From: a virus
Lineage: Duplodnaviria > Caudoviricetes
Reading direction: 5' to 3' (one strand)
DNA length: 60,968 nucleotides
Virus record (IMG/VR): IMGVR_UViG_3300025886_000021
Coordinates: 1 to 60,968 of that record
In this document: positions 39,378 through 49,373 of the stretch, in pieces
Position numbering within the stretch: position 1 is the first letter of the stretch
Layout: each line of letters opens with the position of its first letter
Notes under the pieces: model-generated
Told to the model about the DNA's origin: nothing
What the model saw: only the letters and a program-made list of their open reading frames with translations
Database searches by the model: none
Translations under genes and position numbers: made by a program

Positions 39378-40579
39378 TATCTAACTACTTTAAAATAAAT
39401 TTGGTCGTCGATATATTCTTCTGTAAATCCATCTACCACTTTTAATTCTATGCGATAATATCTTTCTGGCATAAAACTATTCATGTCTACGTAAATGAAA
39501 TTACTTGTGTTATCACAACTTACTTTATTATAAATATTATCAAACGGAATTATGTACTCATCTGTAGCAGCATCGCGTATTGCATAATATGTAGTAGCAG
39601 GTAAATGTTTAACTGTTTGTGTAGGAAATAAATTAGTAGGAGATTTTTGAGGAAATTTATCTCGGGCATATATTCTAATTTTGGTTATTTCGGTATCCTT
39701 ATAAGTTGGCTTAGTTTTGCTATATGTTAAATATGACTCTAGCTCTACCGGTGACATCGATCCTGTTGTAAAAGTGCTGTTATCCCAATACATAGTTAAT
39801 CTAGGCACATATATAGTATGTGTTTCACGACTAAAAAATCTAATGATTCCTGTCTTAGTTCCATCAGCTTCATCCGCTTCTGAAAATTTAAGCAAGAACC
39901 CATTATTTTCAACAATTTCTCCTCCACTACCTGATATCCAAGTTCTTATTGCACCAGTAACATCCATGTTAATATCGGTCGGCCGGTAACTAAATGATTC
40001 ATCTTCATTTAAGCCAAGTTGATAAAAATACACTGAATCAAAAGAAGATGTATTAAAATATCCGCTACCCGATTGCCACAACCAACTACCGCCAGCTCCA
40101 CTTCCTGATATATATAAACTAGGAGCTCCGGTATTAATTGTTTGACTACTCGATATCCAAGCAGAACCAGACAACGTATCAGATCCATTTGGAGTGTAAG
40201 ACCAAGAATCAAATGGCGTAGCCCACGATATTCCATTAGTAGTAGCAACTCCTGCTGCTTCATATCCGGTTCCATTAGTCCACGGTTGTCCCATTAATTT
40301 AGCATCTAATGTATAATCAGCTGGTAAATTTTTTGCATGAGTCGTAAACAATTGTAATACGAATTTACAAGAATTAAGATCCGTAGAATATTTCGCAAGT
40401 GTCTTTGTAATTTCCGACATATCAAATTTTACAACAAATCTAGATTTAACCAACGTTTCTCCATCAGTATCAAGTTGTTTACTAACTTCTAGTATTTCAT
40501 CTAAACCAGTATTATACAATCGTAGGCGGTTTGCCTCATACATCGTCGCATCACTGTCTGCATAAAATATTCTAAACAT
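39377..40579 (-). CDS. Baseplate-associated structural protein
   Basis: NTGLDEILE, SRFVVKFD, FFSRETHTIYVPRL and FMPERYY motifs; follows the gp6-like gene. Confidence 0.6.
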   Translation of the reverse strand: MFRIFYADSDATMYEANRLRLYNTGLDEILEVSKQLDTDGETLVKSRFVVKFDMSEITKTLAKYSTDLNSCKFVLQLFTTHAKNLPADYTLDAKLMGQPWTNGTGYEAAGVATTNGISWATPFDSWSYTPNGSDTLSGSAWISSSQTINTGAPSLYISGSGAGGSWLWQSGSGYFNTSSFDSVYFYQLGLNEDESFSYRPTDINMDVTGAIRTWISGSGGEIVENNGFLLKFSEADEADGTKTGIIRFFSRETHTIYVPRLTMYWDNSTFTTGSMSPVELESYLTYSKTKPTYKDTEITKIRIYARDKFPQKSPTNLFPTQTVKHLPATTYYAIRDAATDEYIIPFDNIYNKVSCDNTSNFIYVDMNSFMPERYYRIELKVVDGFTEEYIDDQIYFKVVR

Positions 40580-40581
40580 AA

Positions 40582-41034
40582 TTAACTTCCCGATCCGGTA
40601 CTAATCATTAAATAACTACCACTTCTCCATAATTGTCCTTGTGTAGCAGGATCTGCAACTGGCAAAGAAGCTGTATATATAAATGCTGTTCCTTGTGAAA
40701 TAAATTTATCGTTTACTGACATATAATTAATAGATGCAGATACAGATGTTATAGTTGATCCACTCATATATGAAGATGAAATAGCATTGACTACATATGA
40801 CGCAGTTTGTGCAGTATTTACATAAGATGCCGTTTGAGCTAGAGTTACATATGAAGCAGTATCAGCTGTTCCCGTTAAATTTGCAGTTAAACTTCCACTA
40901 ACGCCTAATGATCCAGATAATACTACATCTTCGACAGCATTAGCAGTTAACACATCATATACATCAGATACATAACTTGCCGATATTAATCCGCCGGCTA
41001 CAATATTTGTGCGATTATTTCGTATTACGCCCAT
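40582..41034 (-). CDS. Short fibre-like structural protein with TASYV repeats
   Basis: TASYV x3; C-terminal LPVADP..GQLW; promoter motif at 41051-41058. Confidence 0.6.
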   Translation of the reverse strand: MGVIRNNRTNIVAGGLISASYVSDVYDVLTANAVEDVVLSGSLGVSGSLTANLTGTADTASYVTLAQTASYVNTAQTASYVVNAISSSYMSGSTITSVSASINYMSVNDKFISQGTAFIYTASLPVADPATQGQLWRSGSYLMISTGSGS

Positions 41035-41066
41035 TATATATTCCTTTTAGTATAAATATAATGTTC

Positions 41067-42947
41067 TTAAGAACTTACAACTCTACCTCGGATATCTTGT
41101 TCTGGAAATTTTACTTCAAATATACTAGGATCTAAAGAAGGGTAAATTACGCCATTTCTGGTAGATGCTTCTAAATCATATAAATTTCCTGAATATCCAT
41201 TTTCTAATTTATATAAATTATTAATTCTAGTAGAAACAATTGTTTGAACCCCTTGTACATTACCTAATGTATTAACAATATCAGATTTTATAATTGGTTG
41301 ATTAACTTGCCAACGATCAATATCAAAATACTCCTTTAAAGAATTAATGCATTTTAATAAAACTTCATTACTATTATAGTTAGGTATAACTGAAATTTCA
41401 AATTGTACTCCCAAGTTAATAATAAATGCGTCTTTTATATTAACCGCATCCGTTAATATTCGATAATGATTTAAATAATTTTTTAAATTTTCTTTAACTG
41501 CTTGATTTAATTCAACTAATTGTTTACTAGCATTAAATCCTAATACATATAAATTCATTGCCAATGGGTTAGGAATACGTTTTTCGACTTGATCTTGTTG
41601 AAGTATCTGATCGTCTGGAACAATATATGCTTTTGATACACTTCCAAATTTACCCGGCATAGAATATGCTCTAACAATATAATCTTCTCTTGTAACTAAT
41701 CGATTTTGAGTGGCAAAATTTGCAAGAGCATTGTTCTTTATATCTTGTAATGAATCTTGATTTTTAGCTCCAGATGCCGGCTCAGGATTATTTGCCGATA
41801 CAGATGATTTAACAAAGTTAACAACATTAACATTATTCGTACTATTAACATCGTCTTCAAATTGAATAAAATCTACTTGTGTTAATACATTTGCTGGAAC
41901 ATTATCGGTAATACCATTTCCTATAGTATATTTAACAGTTAATGTAGTATTGGCAGGTACTTGTCCATATGTTCGAGTATATAAAAAATTAGATGGATCA
42001 ATATCAACATCAATTGATTTACGAAATCCAGACAACCCATTTCCAACATTGTCTGGATTTGGTATTATTTCTTCATCATTATTATCCGAAATACCACTTC
42101 CAAATTGTAATTCTAATAAATTATCACTACGTAATCTTGTTATAAATCTTTTAGCTGATTTACGAAGTTTTAATAAACTAGGAGCAGAGCTTCGAAATGG
42201 AGATAACTCTGGATCATTTTCTGCTAAATTAGGAACGGATTCAAATACTGTGTCTTGTGCTAAATATGGAACCATATACCAATTATCTCCGTCTGACTCT
42301 TCAACAGAAATAATATCAATAATATTTCTATCTGGTAATACAACTTTATCATAAGCAATTGGTGTACCAAATGTAAATGTAGTAGTTTTTACCGCACCCG
42401 ACACCGATCTTACTTTTTTCTTTAATAAATAATATATTGGTTGTTTAGTGGCATCATCCGTTTCATATATAGTTACATCGGTTGGACTACTACTTGATGA
42501 ATACGCAAAATCTATAGAATCTAATGTTCTAAAAACAGCCGGTCCATTTTCTTGTTTTATTTGAAATCCAGGTTTTATTGTTAATGCATAATTAAAATCA
42601 GGAGATACAGTATCACCACTTCCAATCGATGGTACCAATTGATATACATCCATATTAACATATGCTGGAATAGAATTTTTAGGAGTATATCCTAACTCGG
42701 TAGCAATATCAAATATATTATTTCGTTCAGATGCTTGTTCTAATAATGATTCTTTAAGATTATTATCAGCATAATAAGATAAAACGTCTCCCACATAAGA
42801 AGCCATTTCCATAAATAGCATACCCGGCGATGATTCATTAAAGTCAGAATATGAATTTGGAAAATATTGTTTCGTAAAGTCTATAAGATTTTTTCTAAAT
42901 TGTCCAAAATCTTTATTAATATATGTTATTTCTTTTTTTACTTCCAT
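41067..42947 (-). CDS. Baseplate wedge subunit (T4 gp6 / baseplate J-like)
   Basis: YINKDF, SYVGDVLSYY, LGYTP, LQFGSG and QNRLVTREDY motifs. Confidence 0.9.
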   Translation of the reverse strand: MEVKKEITYINKDFGQFRKNLIDFTKQYFPNSYSDFNESSPGMLFMEMASYVGDVLSYYADNNLKESLLEQASERNNIFDIATELGYTPKNSIPAYVNMDVYQLVPSIGSGDTVSPDFNYALTIKPGFQIKQENGPAVFRTLDSIDFAYSSSSSPTDVTIYETDDATKQPIYYLLKKKVRSVSGAVKTTTFTFGTPIAYDKVVLPDRNIIDIISVEESDGDNWYMVPYLAQDTVFESVPNLAENDPELSPFRSSAPSLLKLRKSAKRFITRLRSDNLLELQFGSGISDNNDEEIIPNPDNVGNGLSGFRKSIDVDIDPSNFLYTRTYGQVPANTTLTVKYTIGNGITDNVPANVLTQVDFIQFEDDVNSTNNVNVVNFVKSSVSANNPEPASGAKNQDSLQDIKNNALANFATQNRLVTREDYIVRAYSMPGKFGSVSKAYIVPDDQILQQDQVEKRIPNPLAMNLYVLGFNASKQLVELNQAVKENLKNYLNHYRILTDAVNIKDAFIINLGVQFEISVIPNYNSNEVLLKCINSLKEYFDIDRWQVNQPIIKSDIVNTLGNVQGVQTIVSTRINNLYKLENGYSGNLYDLEASTRNGVIYPSLDPSIFEVKFPEQDIRGRVVSS

Positions 42948-42951
42948 GAGT

Positions 42952-43395
42952 TTATTCTATAGTTAATTGAGACGAATCTTCATTAGCAAAAATAACTATA
43001 CTGTCGGTATCAAATTCATTAACACTGTATTTTAAAGTTATTTTTATAATGTGTATTAAAGTAGGATCGTCTTGTACGTCTAATATTTCTAAATTTTCTA
43101 TACGTATATATGGCAACCAAAAAGAAATAGCAGAAGTAATTTCTGTATTAATTAATTCTTTAGTTTCTGGAGTACTCGGTTGAAATACAACTGATAATAA
43201 ATTTGTTCCAAAATTCGGATGATTGTAACGTTCTCCTAATCTTGTTAGTAACAAATTTCTAATATTTGCTTTAGCTTGATTATTTGAAGTATATAATGTT
43301 TTAAAAATTCCTGGATTACCAAAAGACATATCTATACCTAATCCAATATCTGAATTAGTAGTATTATCGTCAATGGTTTGAATCCGATATGCCAT
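42952..43395 (-). CDS. Baseplate wedge/sheath initiator (gp25-like)
   Basis: NIRNLLLTRLGER..PNFGT and WLPYI motifs. Confidence 0.9.
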   Translation of the reverse strand: MAYRIQTIDDNTTNSDIGLGIDMSFGNPGIFKTLYTSNNQAKANIRNLLLTRLGERYNHPNFGTNLLSVVFQPSTPETKELINTEITSAISFWLPYIRIENLEILDVQDDPTLIHIIKITLKYSVNEFDTDSIVIFANEDSSQLTIE

Positions 43396-43847
43396 TACTT
43401 ACCTTTCTTTTTGTCTATAGCTTTCATTAGCCCTCGATAATCACGATTCATAACATCTAAAATTAGCGGATCTACTTTCATGTTTTTACCAGTTTCAGGA
43501 TCTTCCATTATTTGTGGTGCTGCATTATTTCGCATCATTCCAAATCCTTGGGCATCATTCGCAGTAAATGACATATCTTCTTTCATTAAATCTGCGTATG
43601 CAGGAACGCCCATTTCCCGTAAACCATCTGTCTCATTTAATACGTCGGCAAATTTATTGCGTGTATACATGGTAGATTTACGTTTTTTTGGTTTAGACAC
43701 GCCCCCATTATTAACTGGTTGCGTTGTTTCTGTTTGTAATTCTGTAACTGTGGATTGTAATCCTTCGCGAAGAATATCTGCTAATTCTTCTTTAATAACT
43801 TCACGTACGGCTGTTTTAAGTGCTTGTACAAGTGCTTTAGATTCCAT
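43395..43847 (-). CDS. Hypothetical protein
   Basis: AVREVIKEEL N-terminus, VLNET, RDYRGLMKA; promoter motif at 43864-43871. Confidence 0.6.
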   Translation of the reverse strand: MESKALVQALKTAVREVIKEELADILREGLQSTVTELQTETTQPVNNGGVSKPKKRKSTMYTRNKFADVLNETDGLREMGVPAYADLMKEDMSFTANDAQGFGMMRNNAAPQIMEDPETGKNMKVDPLILDVMNRDYRGLMKAIDKKKGK

Positions 43848-43877
43848 ATGTATTCTTTTTTAATATAAATATAAGTA

Positions 43878-44789
43878 TTAATAATTTAGCCCGGTTCCCC
43901 AATCAGTATCTGTGAGTTTTGGTCCATATAATGTCTTTGTCGTCTGATCTATATAATAGTCGCCAACATTTCCTAGATCAATATTAGGAGTGCCACTATT
44001 ATTAATGTCTTTGTTAATTATAGATTTACTTGGAGCTTCAATTATATTTTCTAGTAAATTTTTTTGACGTTCTAATAAATCATTAACAATTTGTTCCCTA
44101 TTTTCTGAATCCAAGTCAGATACATTAATAGACCGATAAAATTCAGAATTTATACTGTCTTGATATTGTGACGTATTAATTTTTGATATATCTAAGTTTC
44201 TATCCAGTAAATCTTGAGTTGAATTATTTTCTAATTCTGTTTTCACGTCATTTATTATAGACTCTTGCGTTTTACTATTAACTTCAAAGAGCTCATTTTG
44301 GCAAACTGAACTTAATGAATTAATAGCTGGGCCTAACTTCGATGATACTAAATCCAATTGGCTTGTTATTTTATTTACAATAACTCCAACTAATATTAAT
44401 GCTCCACCAATCGAAGCAATAGTTTCATTTTGTATAGTAATCGTTTGTCCAACAGCTGGGGGAGCTGGTACGAATAATAACAATTGTATAGATAAAACAA
44501 TGCCGGCAATTGATACTACTACTTTTGCAATCGTAAGTATAGATGAAAATGTATTAATTACCGATAATATATTATCTATAGTTTCTTTAATTTTAGCTAA
44601 CAATGATTTTGCTTGTTTTACGCGAGGGTCATCACATTTAATATTTTTAGAAAATGATGTTATTGTTTGTAGTAATTCATTAACCTTTTGCATTAAAAAA
44701 TTAATTAACTTATCCAACGCTGCTTGAACAGCAACGATCGCTATCGGAACAAGTTTTGGTAACTGGTCGTATGGAGGAGCCAATGCCAT
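43878..44789 (-). CDS. Hypothetical protein with hydrophobic helical hairpin
   Basis: Two hydrophobic helices; C-terminal GNVGDYYID...LYGPK..W motif. Confidence 0.55.
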   Translation of the reverse strand: MALAPPYDQLPKLVPIAIVAVQAALDKLINFLMQKVNELLQTITSFSKNIKCDDPRVKQAKSLLAKIKETIDNILSVINTFSSILTIAKVVVSIAGIVLSIQLLLFVPAPPAVGQTITIQNETIASIGGALILVGVIVNKITSQLDLVSSKLGPAINSLSSVCQNELFEVNSKTQESIINDVKTELENNSTQDLLDRNLDISKINTSQYQDSINSEFYRSINVSDLDSENREQIVNDLLERQKNLLENIIEAPSKSIINKDINNSGTPNIDLGNVGDYYIDQTTKTLYGPKLTDTDWGTGLNY

Positions 44790-44790
44790 T

Positions 44791-45828
44791 TTATGTTTTC
44801 CTTATTTTGTATTTTGTACTATTTAATGATTGTATTTTTTGTATTGCCTGTATACCTTCTAACGTAGCATTAGGAATACCCATAACACCCGAAACAGTTG
44901 TGCCTGCTAAAACTGCATTTGCTAAATGCATTAAAATTTCTTCTAATACAGTACCATGTGGTATAGGCTGATCTGCATCGTCTCCACCGATTAATACATC
45001 GCCTGGAGTATTCAATATAACTGCCTCGTTGGCATCAATAACAGCGGCTTCTGTCTTTGCTCGTAATATTACTCGATCTGCTACTCCTACAAACTGTGAA
45101 CCTTGGGATATTCCATATGTAGTCAATGGCTGCGAAAGTTTTAAAGTATTTAATGTTTGTGTACTTGTCAAATATAATGAAGAATTATCCTTACTAACGT
45201 CTTCGGTAACAAATTGTTTATCTGTTTTATACGGTCTTCCATTCGAAATAATCAGTATAGGATCTCCATTTTTATTACCAGACCATGTTCCTGTTACTGA
45301 ATAATCATTTTGGTAATCTATTGTACTTCCGAATCGTATACTATTTCCATATCTACCTTCAATTGTTAAATCACCTCTATATGGTTGTAATGGCGATACA
45401 TCTCTTGGTGTATATTTACTATCTTGTATAATATCGTCGACGAGTGTGGGTAATATATTAGTATTAACGTTAGACGGTATAGCAATTGGATACATATAAT
45501 ACCATTGCGGATATGATTCTGTTGGAGTACTTTCGTGATTAATTGTTTGAAAAACTAAAACCGATTCTCCAGTAATTGGAATTTGTTTTATATTTGAATT
45601 AAATGGTTTTACATTTTGTATATATTGCGGCCTGCCGGCTACTGTATAAGCAACGTCTATCGCAAATAACATATCAGCTGATGATATTTCAGTTTCTTCT
45701 CCATTATTACGTTTACCAGGCGGATATATAACTCCAGTTTTATTTCGTTTATATGTGTCACCTGGACTACGTTTATCGGTAACTTCAGCTACATATGTAA
45801 CAATATCAAATAATCCATCATGATTCAT
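44791..45828 (-). CDS. Baseplate hub/central spike protein (gp5/gpV-like, no lysozyme domain evident)
   Basis: QIPITGESV (OB-fold-like), GDLTIEGRYGNSIRFGS, and short beta repeats; close to gp25. Confidence 0.65.
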   Translation of the reverse strand: MNHDGLFDIVTYVAEVTDKRSPGDTYKRNKTGVIYPPGKRNNGEETEISSADMLFAIDVAYTVAGRPQYIQNVKPFNSNIKQIPITGESVLVFQTINHESTPTESYPQWYYMYPIAIPSNVNTNILPTLVDDIIQDSKYTPRDVSPLQPYRGDLTIEGRYGNSIRFGSTIDYQNDYSVTGTWSGNKNGDPILIISNGRPYKTDKQFVTEDVSKDNSSLYLTSTQTLNTLKLSQPLTTYGISQGSQFVGVADRVILRAKTEAAVIDANEAVILNTPGDVLIGGDDADQPIPHGTVLEEILMHLANAVLAGTTVSGVMGIPNATLEGIQAIQKIQSLNSTKYKIRKT

Positions 45829-46252
45829 GATTATCCTTTAACTTTGTTTTAACGTGTTCGATTTTTTGTTTAATCTCTTGATCTTCCTGTTCAATTTTTT
45901 CTATCTCATCTTCGAGTTCATGAGTCAACGTTGTTTGTGCTATGTCAATCAATTGTTGTTTTTCAGCATCTGACAGCAATGAATCGGTGCCTGATATAGT
46001 CTGACTTGTTGATATATATCGTTGCACTATAGCAGTTAATTTTACCAAATGATCGTCATTTTTAACGGCTACGTCTAAGTATTCTTTTATAAGTGGTACT
46101 ATGATAGTAGCATCAGACGCATTACGTATAAGTGGTTGGAGTTGAGATATAAGTTGATTTATCTGTCTATCTTTCTTTTTTGAATTATGATAAACATCAT
46201 GCATTAAATCAGCAAAACTGGTTCCTTTGAATATTTCTTCATTCTTGTCCAT
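45818..46252 (-). CDS. Helical hypothetical protein (possible small terminase)
   Basis: All-helical 144 aa with strong AAGGAG and a promoter-motif variant; function not established. Confidence 0.45.
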   Translation of the reverse strand: MDKNEEIFKGTSFADLMHDVYHNSKKKDRQINQLISQLQPLIRNASDATIIVPLIKEYLDVAVKNDDHLVKLTAIVQRYISTSQTISGTDSLLSDAEKQQLIDIAQTTLTHELEDEIEKIEQEDQEIKQKIEHVKTKLKDNHES

Positions 46253-46276
46253 AACTTGCTCCTTTAATAATAAATA

Positions 46277-46981
46277 TCAAAAGGGCAATTTTATGAAATT
46301 TTTATTAGTATATTCTTGAAACTTTTCTTCATATAAATGTTTTAAAATTTTAACAACCCGTGTTATATTTGAAGTAGGAAGGCCTGTTCGTTCTCTTATA
46401 AAGATATATAACGCTTTTTTATTATAATCTTCAATATTAATACGTGTTTCGAAAAGATGCAATACTGAATCTGCAACGTGTATATCTGTCTGGCTTGTAA
46501 ATATTGTGTTTAAATTATCATAACAATAGTCTACAAATTCATCCATAAAATATTTCATAACTTCTCGCATATCATCATTATGCATTTCAGTAGTAATATT
46601 TCTTTGTTCATCTATATCAATTGGCTGTCTATTTTGTTTAACTTTAACATATGCTTTTTGATTTTCTGCAATCAAATAATTAAATGTAGTTCTAGTATAA
46701 TATGAATATGACTTACCGGCATTTGGTTTAAACTTTTCTAAACGAGCAGTTAAATATGTAACTATGTCTGTTTGTAAATCCTGAAATGAACATTTCTGTA
46801 ATACATATGTAGGTTTTACTTTGTTAATTAAATTTTCGGTAAGCTTCATGAATGGCGGATATATAAATCGCCTATATATACGTTCTCGTTGTACTGTACT
46901 TTCTGATTTATTATAAGCACAAATTGCTACATCTTGCAATCGTGTGTAATATGCATTACTCTTCTTCTTTTTCCTCGGCAT
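46277..46981 (-). CDS. Late-transcription sigma factor (gp55-like)
   Basis: KFKPNAGKSYSYYTRTTFNYLI resembles the gp55/sigma region 2 motif; ATG at 46981. Confidence 0.65.
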   Translation of the reverse strand: MPRKKKKSNAYYTRLQDVAICAYNKSESTVQRERIYRRFIYPPFMKLTENLINKVKPTYVLQKCSFQDLQTDIVTYLTARLEKFKPNAGKSYSYYTRTTFNYLIAENQKAYVKVKQNRQPIDIDEQRNITTEMHNDDMREVMKYFMDEFVDYCYDNLNTIFTSQTDIHVADSVLHLFETRINIEDYNKKALYIFIRERTGLPTSNITRVVKILKHLYEEKFQEYTNKNFIKLPF

Positions 46982-47252
46982 CAAATTCCTCTTTAAGTTG
47001 TTCTATTACTTGTTGTAACATGTTAAACGTTGTTCCTGCTTCATCATCTTTCTCAAATGCACCTAACCGATCAATATTTTGCATTGCTTCATAAGATTGT
47101 TTAATTTGCATGTACATGTATTCATTAGTTTGTGACACCGATTCATAATATTCTTCCTGGTCTGCTAAAACGCCTGCTAATACATATGCACGATAAGCAA
47201 AATATGCAGTAGTACCTAAAAACAATACGCTTAATATAATAAATGTTATCAT
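46956..47252 (-). CDS. Membrane-anchored hypothetical protein
   Basis: N-terminal TM helix; IDRLGAFEKDDEAG. Confidence 0.6.
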   Translation of the reverse strand: MITFIILSVLFLGTTAYFAYRAYVLAGVLADQEEYYESVSQTNEYMYMQIKQSYEAMQNIDRLGAFEKDDEAGTTFNMLQQVIEQLKEEFDAEEKEEE

Positions 47253-48019
47253 GATATATCCTTAAAAATGTCTGCAATCGAACTTCCTATATTTGGATTA
47301 TTCTCTGCTAAGTTTTTTATAGCTGTGCTTTTAGTTGCTTTACTTTTTTCGGATACTTTGGTAGGTGTTCCTGCTTTATGATTTTTCCATTGCTCATATT
47401 CTATCTGAGCAGCCATATGATCGCCATGATGCAAAACAACAGCCATATTGGTTTTCAATTTAGCTTGAGCACTTCTTGCAACGAAATATGGTTTATTAGC
47501 TTCATCATACATTCCATCATGAATCTTAATAGATTGATATTCATTCCAAGACATTGGGATATCATACTTTTGTAATAACCAAACAGATAAATCCGGCACC
47601 ATTGAAAAAGGAATATTTTCATTGTGCTTATACATTCGACCCATATTCTTTCTGTGCCAATCTGAAGTCTCTACTTGATAAACTTCATTACCATCTCCTG
47701 GAAATCCTACTTTGCCTAGGTCATGATGCATTGCTGCAAACATCAATTCTTCTAATGTATAACCTGACATATCAGCTCCTAACTTACTCCATAGATTATA
47801 TAATTCATGAGTGCAATTCATTACACGAAGTACATGGTCTATATAACCTCCTGCGAATGCGTTATGAAAGTGTGCTATAGAAGATGCTGGCATCATTGCA
47901 ATGCGATCTTCAAAGTCATCATACATTTTGTGAATTTGTTTGGCTCTTGTAGGAAACTGTAAATCGATTTCATCTCGAAAGTTTTCCCAATTTTCTTTTA
48001 TTTGATTTGCTTCTAACAT
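47249..48019 (-). CDS. HD-domain phosphohydrolase
   Basis: PAS...HNAFAGGYIDH, HHDLGK, IHDG and HHGD motifs. Confidence 0.85.
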   Translation of the reverse strand: MLEANQIKENWENFRDEIDLQFPTRAKQIHKMYDDFEDRIAMMPASSIAHFHNAFAGGYIDHVLRVMNCTHELYNLWSKLGADMSGYTLEELMFAAMHHDLGKVGFPGDGNEVYQVETSDWHRKNMGRMYKHNENIPFSMVPDLSVWLLQKYDIPMSWNEYQSIKIHDGMYDEANKPYFVARSAQAKLKTNMAVVLHHGDHMAAQIEYEQWKNHKAGTPTKVSEKSKATKSTAIKNLAENNPNIGSSIADIFKDIS

Positions 48020-48036
48020 ATTATTATAATATTAAA

Positions 48037-48201
48037 TTATTTTCGTAATTCCAATATCTTGCCGTTAACTAGGTCGTTAGTGCATTTCCAACATGTAACT
48101 GCGGTGGCATTAGCATCAACTCTTTCTGATATTCGATTGCAGTATTTGCACTGCATTTTTTGGTAACCTTGTTTGTTTTTTGTAACTTTGTTTTTCTTCA
48201 T
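48037..48201 (-). CDS. Small zinc-ribbon protein (54 aa; not in the ORF track)
   Basis: MKKNKVTKNKQGYQKMQCKYC...TCWKC...; ATGA overlap with the upstream stop. Confidence 0.7.
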   Translation of the reverse strand: MKKNKVTKNKQGYQKMQCKYCNRISERVDANATAVTCWKCTNDLVNGKILELRK

Positions 48202-49151
48202 TTTATTTCCGATCTTATTATAACTCGTTTTGGTTTTTGTTTTTCTTCTTGATATATGTCTTCCGTTGTATCTGGTATTTGCAAAGTCGGAGGAGTTGGG
48301 GCTTTAACCCGCTCGGCTTTACTCTCCTCCTCTGCGACTTCTGGTATCACCTCAGACAGGGGGTCTTTAGTTTCAAATAATCGATTTGAAGCAATTAATA
48401 ACATGACAGCTAATGGGTCAAATACAAATATAAAAAGCAGTATAAACCAATTCACAACACTATCAACTGGTTGGTTTACTTGTTGTGCTACATATTTAAT
48501 GGGGCCTACCTCGGCCGAAACTTTGCTCTGAGTTTGTATTTTGAGCATTCGTTGATCTAGGTTGCTAACTGAATCAGAATATGCAATTTCTCGGCTGTAT
48601 AATGTGTCTCTTCGCGATGTTGTTTGGTCTAACTGTTTTTCTAATACTCGTCTAGTTGCCGAACTGGTTGTTGTTATAACTTCGCCATCGGCATTAGTAT
48701 ATTGTATAACGTTATTAGATAATCCAGATGTCAATTCTGTAATATTTTTATTTAATGATTCCTTTTCAGTTCTAATATCATTGGCTGCGGTTTGGTATCT
48801 TTGTTTTTTTAATTCTAAAACAGAAATTTTTGATTCTTGGTTTGCAAGTTCATATGCCGTTTCTTGATATGCTGAAACTAAAAATCCATATATGCCTAAC
48901 GATGTAATACACATCAATATGAATACAGCTGTTACCAGATAGCTCTTAAGAAGCACGGATATGGCTTTCCATTGTTGATGTAGATAAGAAGCGGTTATTA
49001 GTTTGCTAACTTCTAATATTGAAGCCATAACAATAACCGCAGTTGCTTGAGCTGAAAATAATTTGCTAAGTCCAAATACACTGTAATAGGCAGCTGTCCC
49101 GGCTAATCCTAAGGATGCTGAAAATACAACATATGGAAAAAAGCGTTTCAT
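48198..49151 (-). CDS. Membrane protein with long coiled coil
   Basis: Three N-terminal TM helices, a coiled coil, and a C-terminal TM with FDPLAV. Confidence 0.7.
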   Translation of the reverse strand: MKRFFPYVVFSASLGLAGTAAYYSVFGLSKLFSAQATAVIVMASILEVSKLITASYLHQQWKAISVLLKSYLVTAVFILMCITSLGIYGFLVSAYQETAYELANQESKISVLELKKQRYQTAANDIRTEKESLNKNITELTSGLSNNVIQYTNADGEVITTTSSATRRVLEKQLDQTTSRRDTLYSREIAYSDSVSNLDQRMLKIQTQSKVSAEVGPIKYVAQQVNQPVDSVVNWFILLFIFVFDPLAVMLLIASNRLFETKDPLSEVIPEVAEEESKAERVKAPTPPTLQIPDTTEDIYQEEKQKPKRVIIRSEIK

Positions 49152-49330
49152 TATGTTCTATCGATATAATACTTTGCTGATTCTAATTTACGAAATGCTC
49201 TTGCTAAATTATCGATTGCCGACTTTTTATCAATCTTGCCTTCCATTAACATTTTACCGGTTGTTCTAACCATTTCTTTTGCATCTTCGATGTCATCAGT
49301 TAATTTATTTTTGTAACGAAATTCTGCCAT
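49151..49330 (-). CDS. Small helical protein (59 aa; not in the ORF track)
   Basis: MAEFRYKNKLTDDIEDAKEMV...YYIDRT; AAGG upstream, promoter motif at 49364-49371, TAATG coupling. Confidence 0.7.
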   Translation of the reverse strand: MAEFRYKNKLTDDIEDAKEMVRTTGKMLMEGKIDKKSAIDNLARAFRKLESAKYYIDRT

Positions 49331-49373
49331 TGTGACCTTTTTTATAAAATTAATACTATTTAATATAAATATG

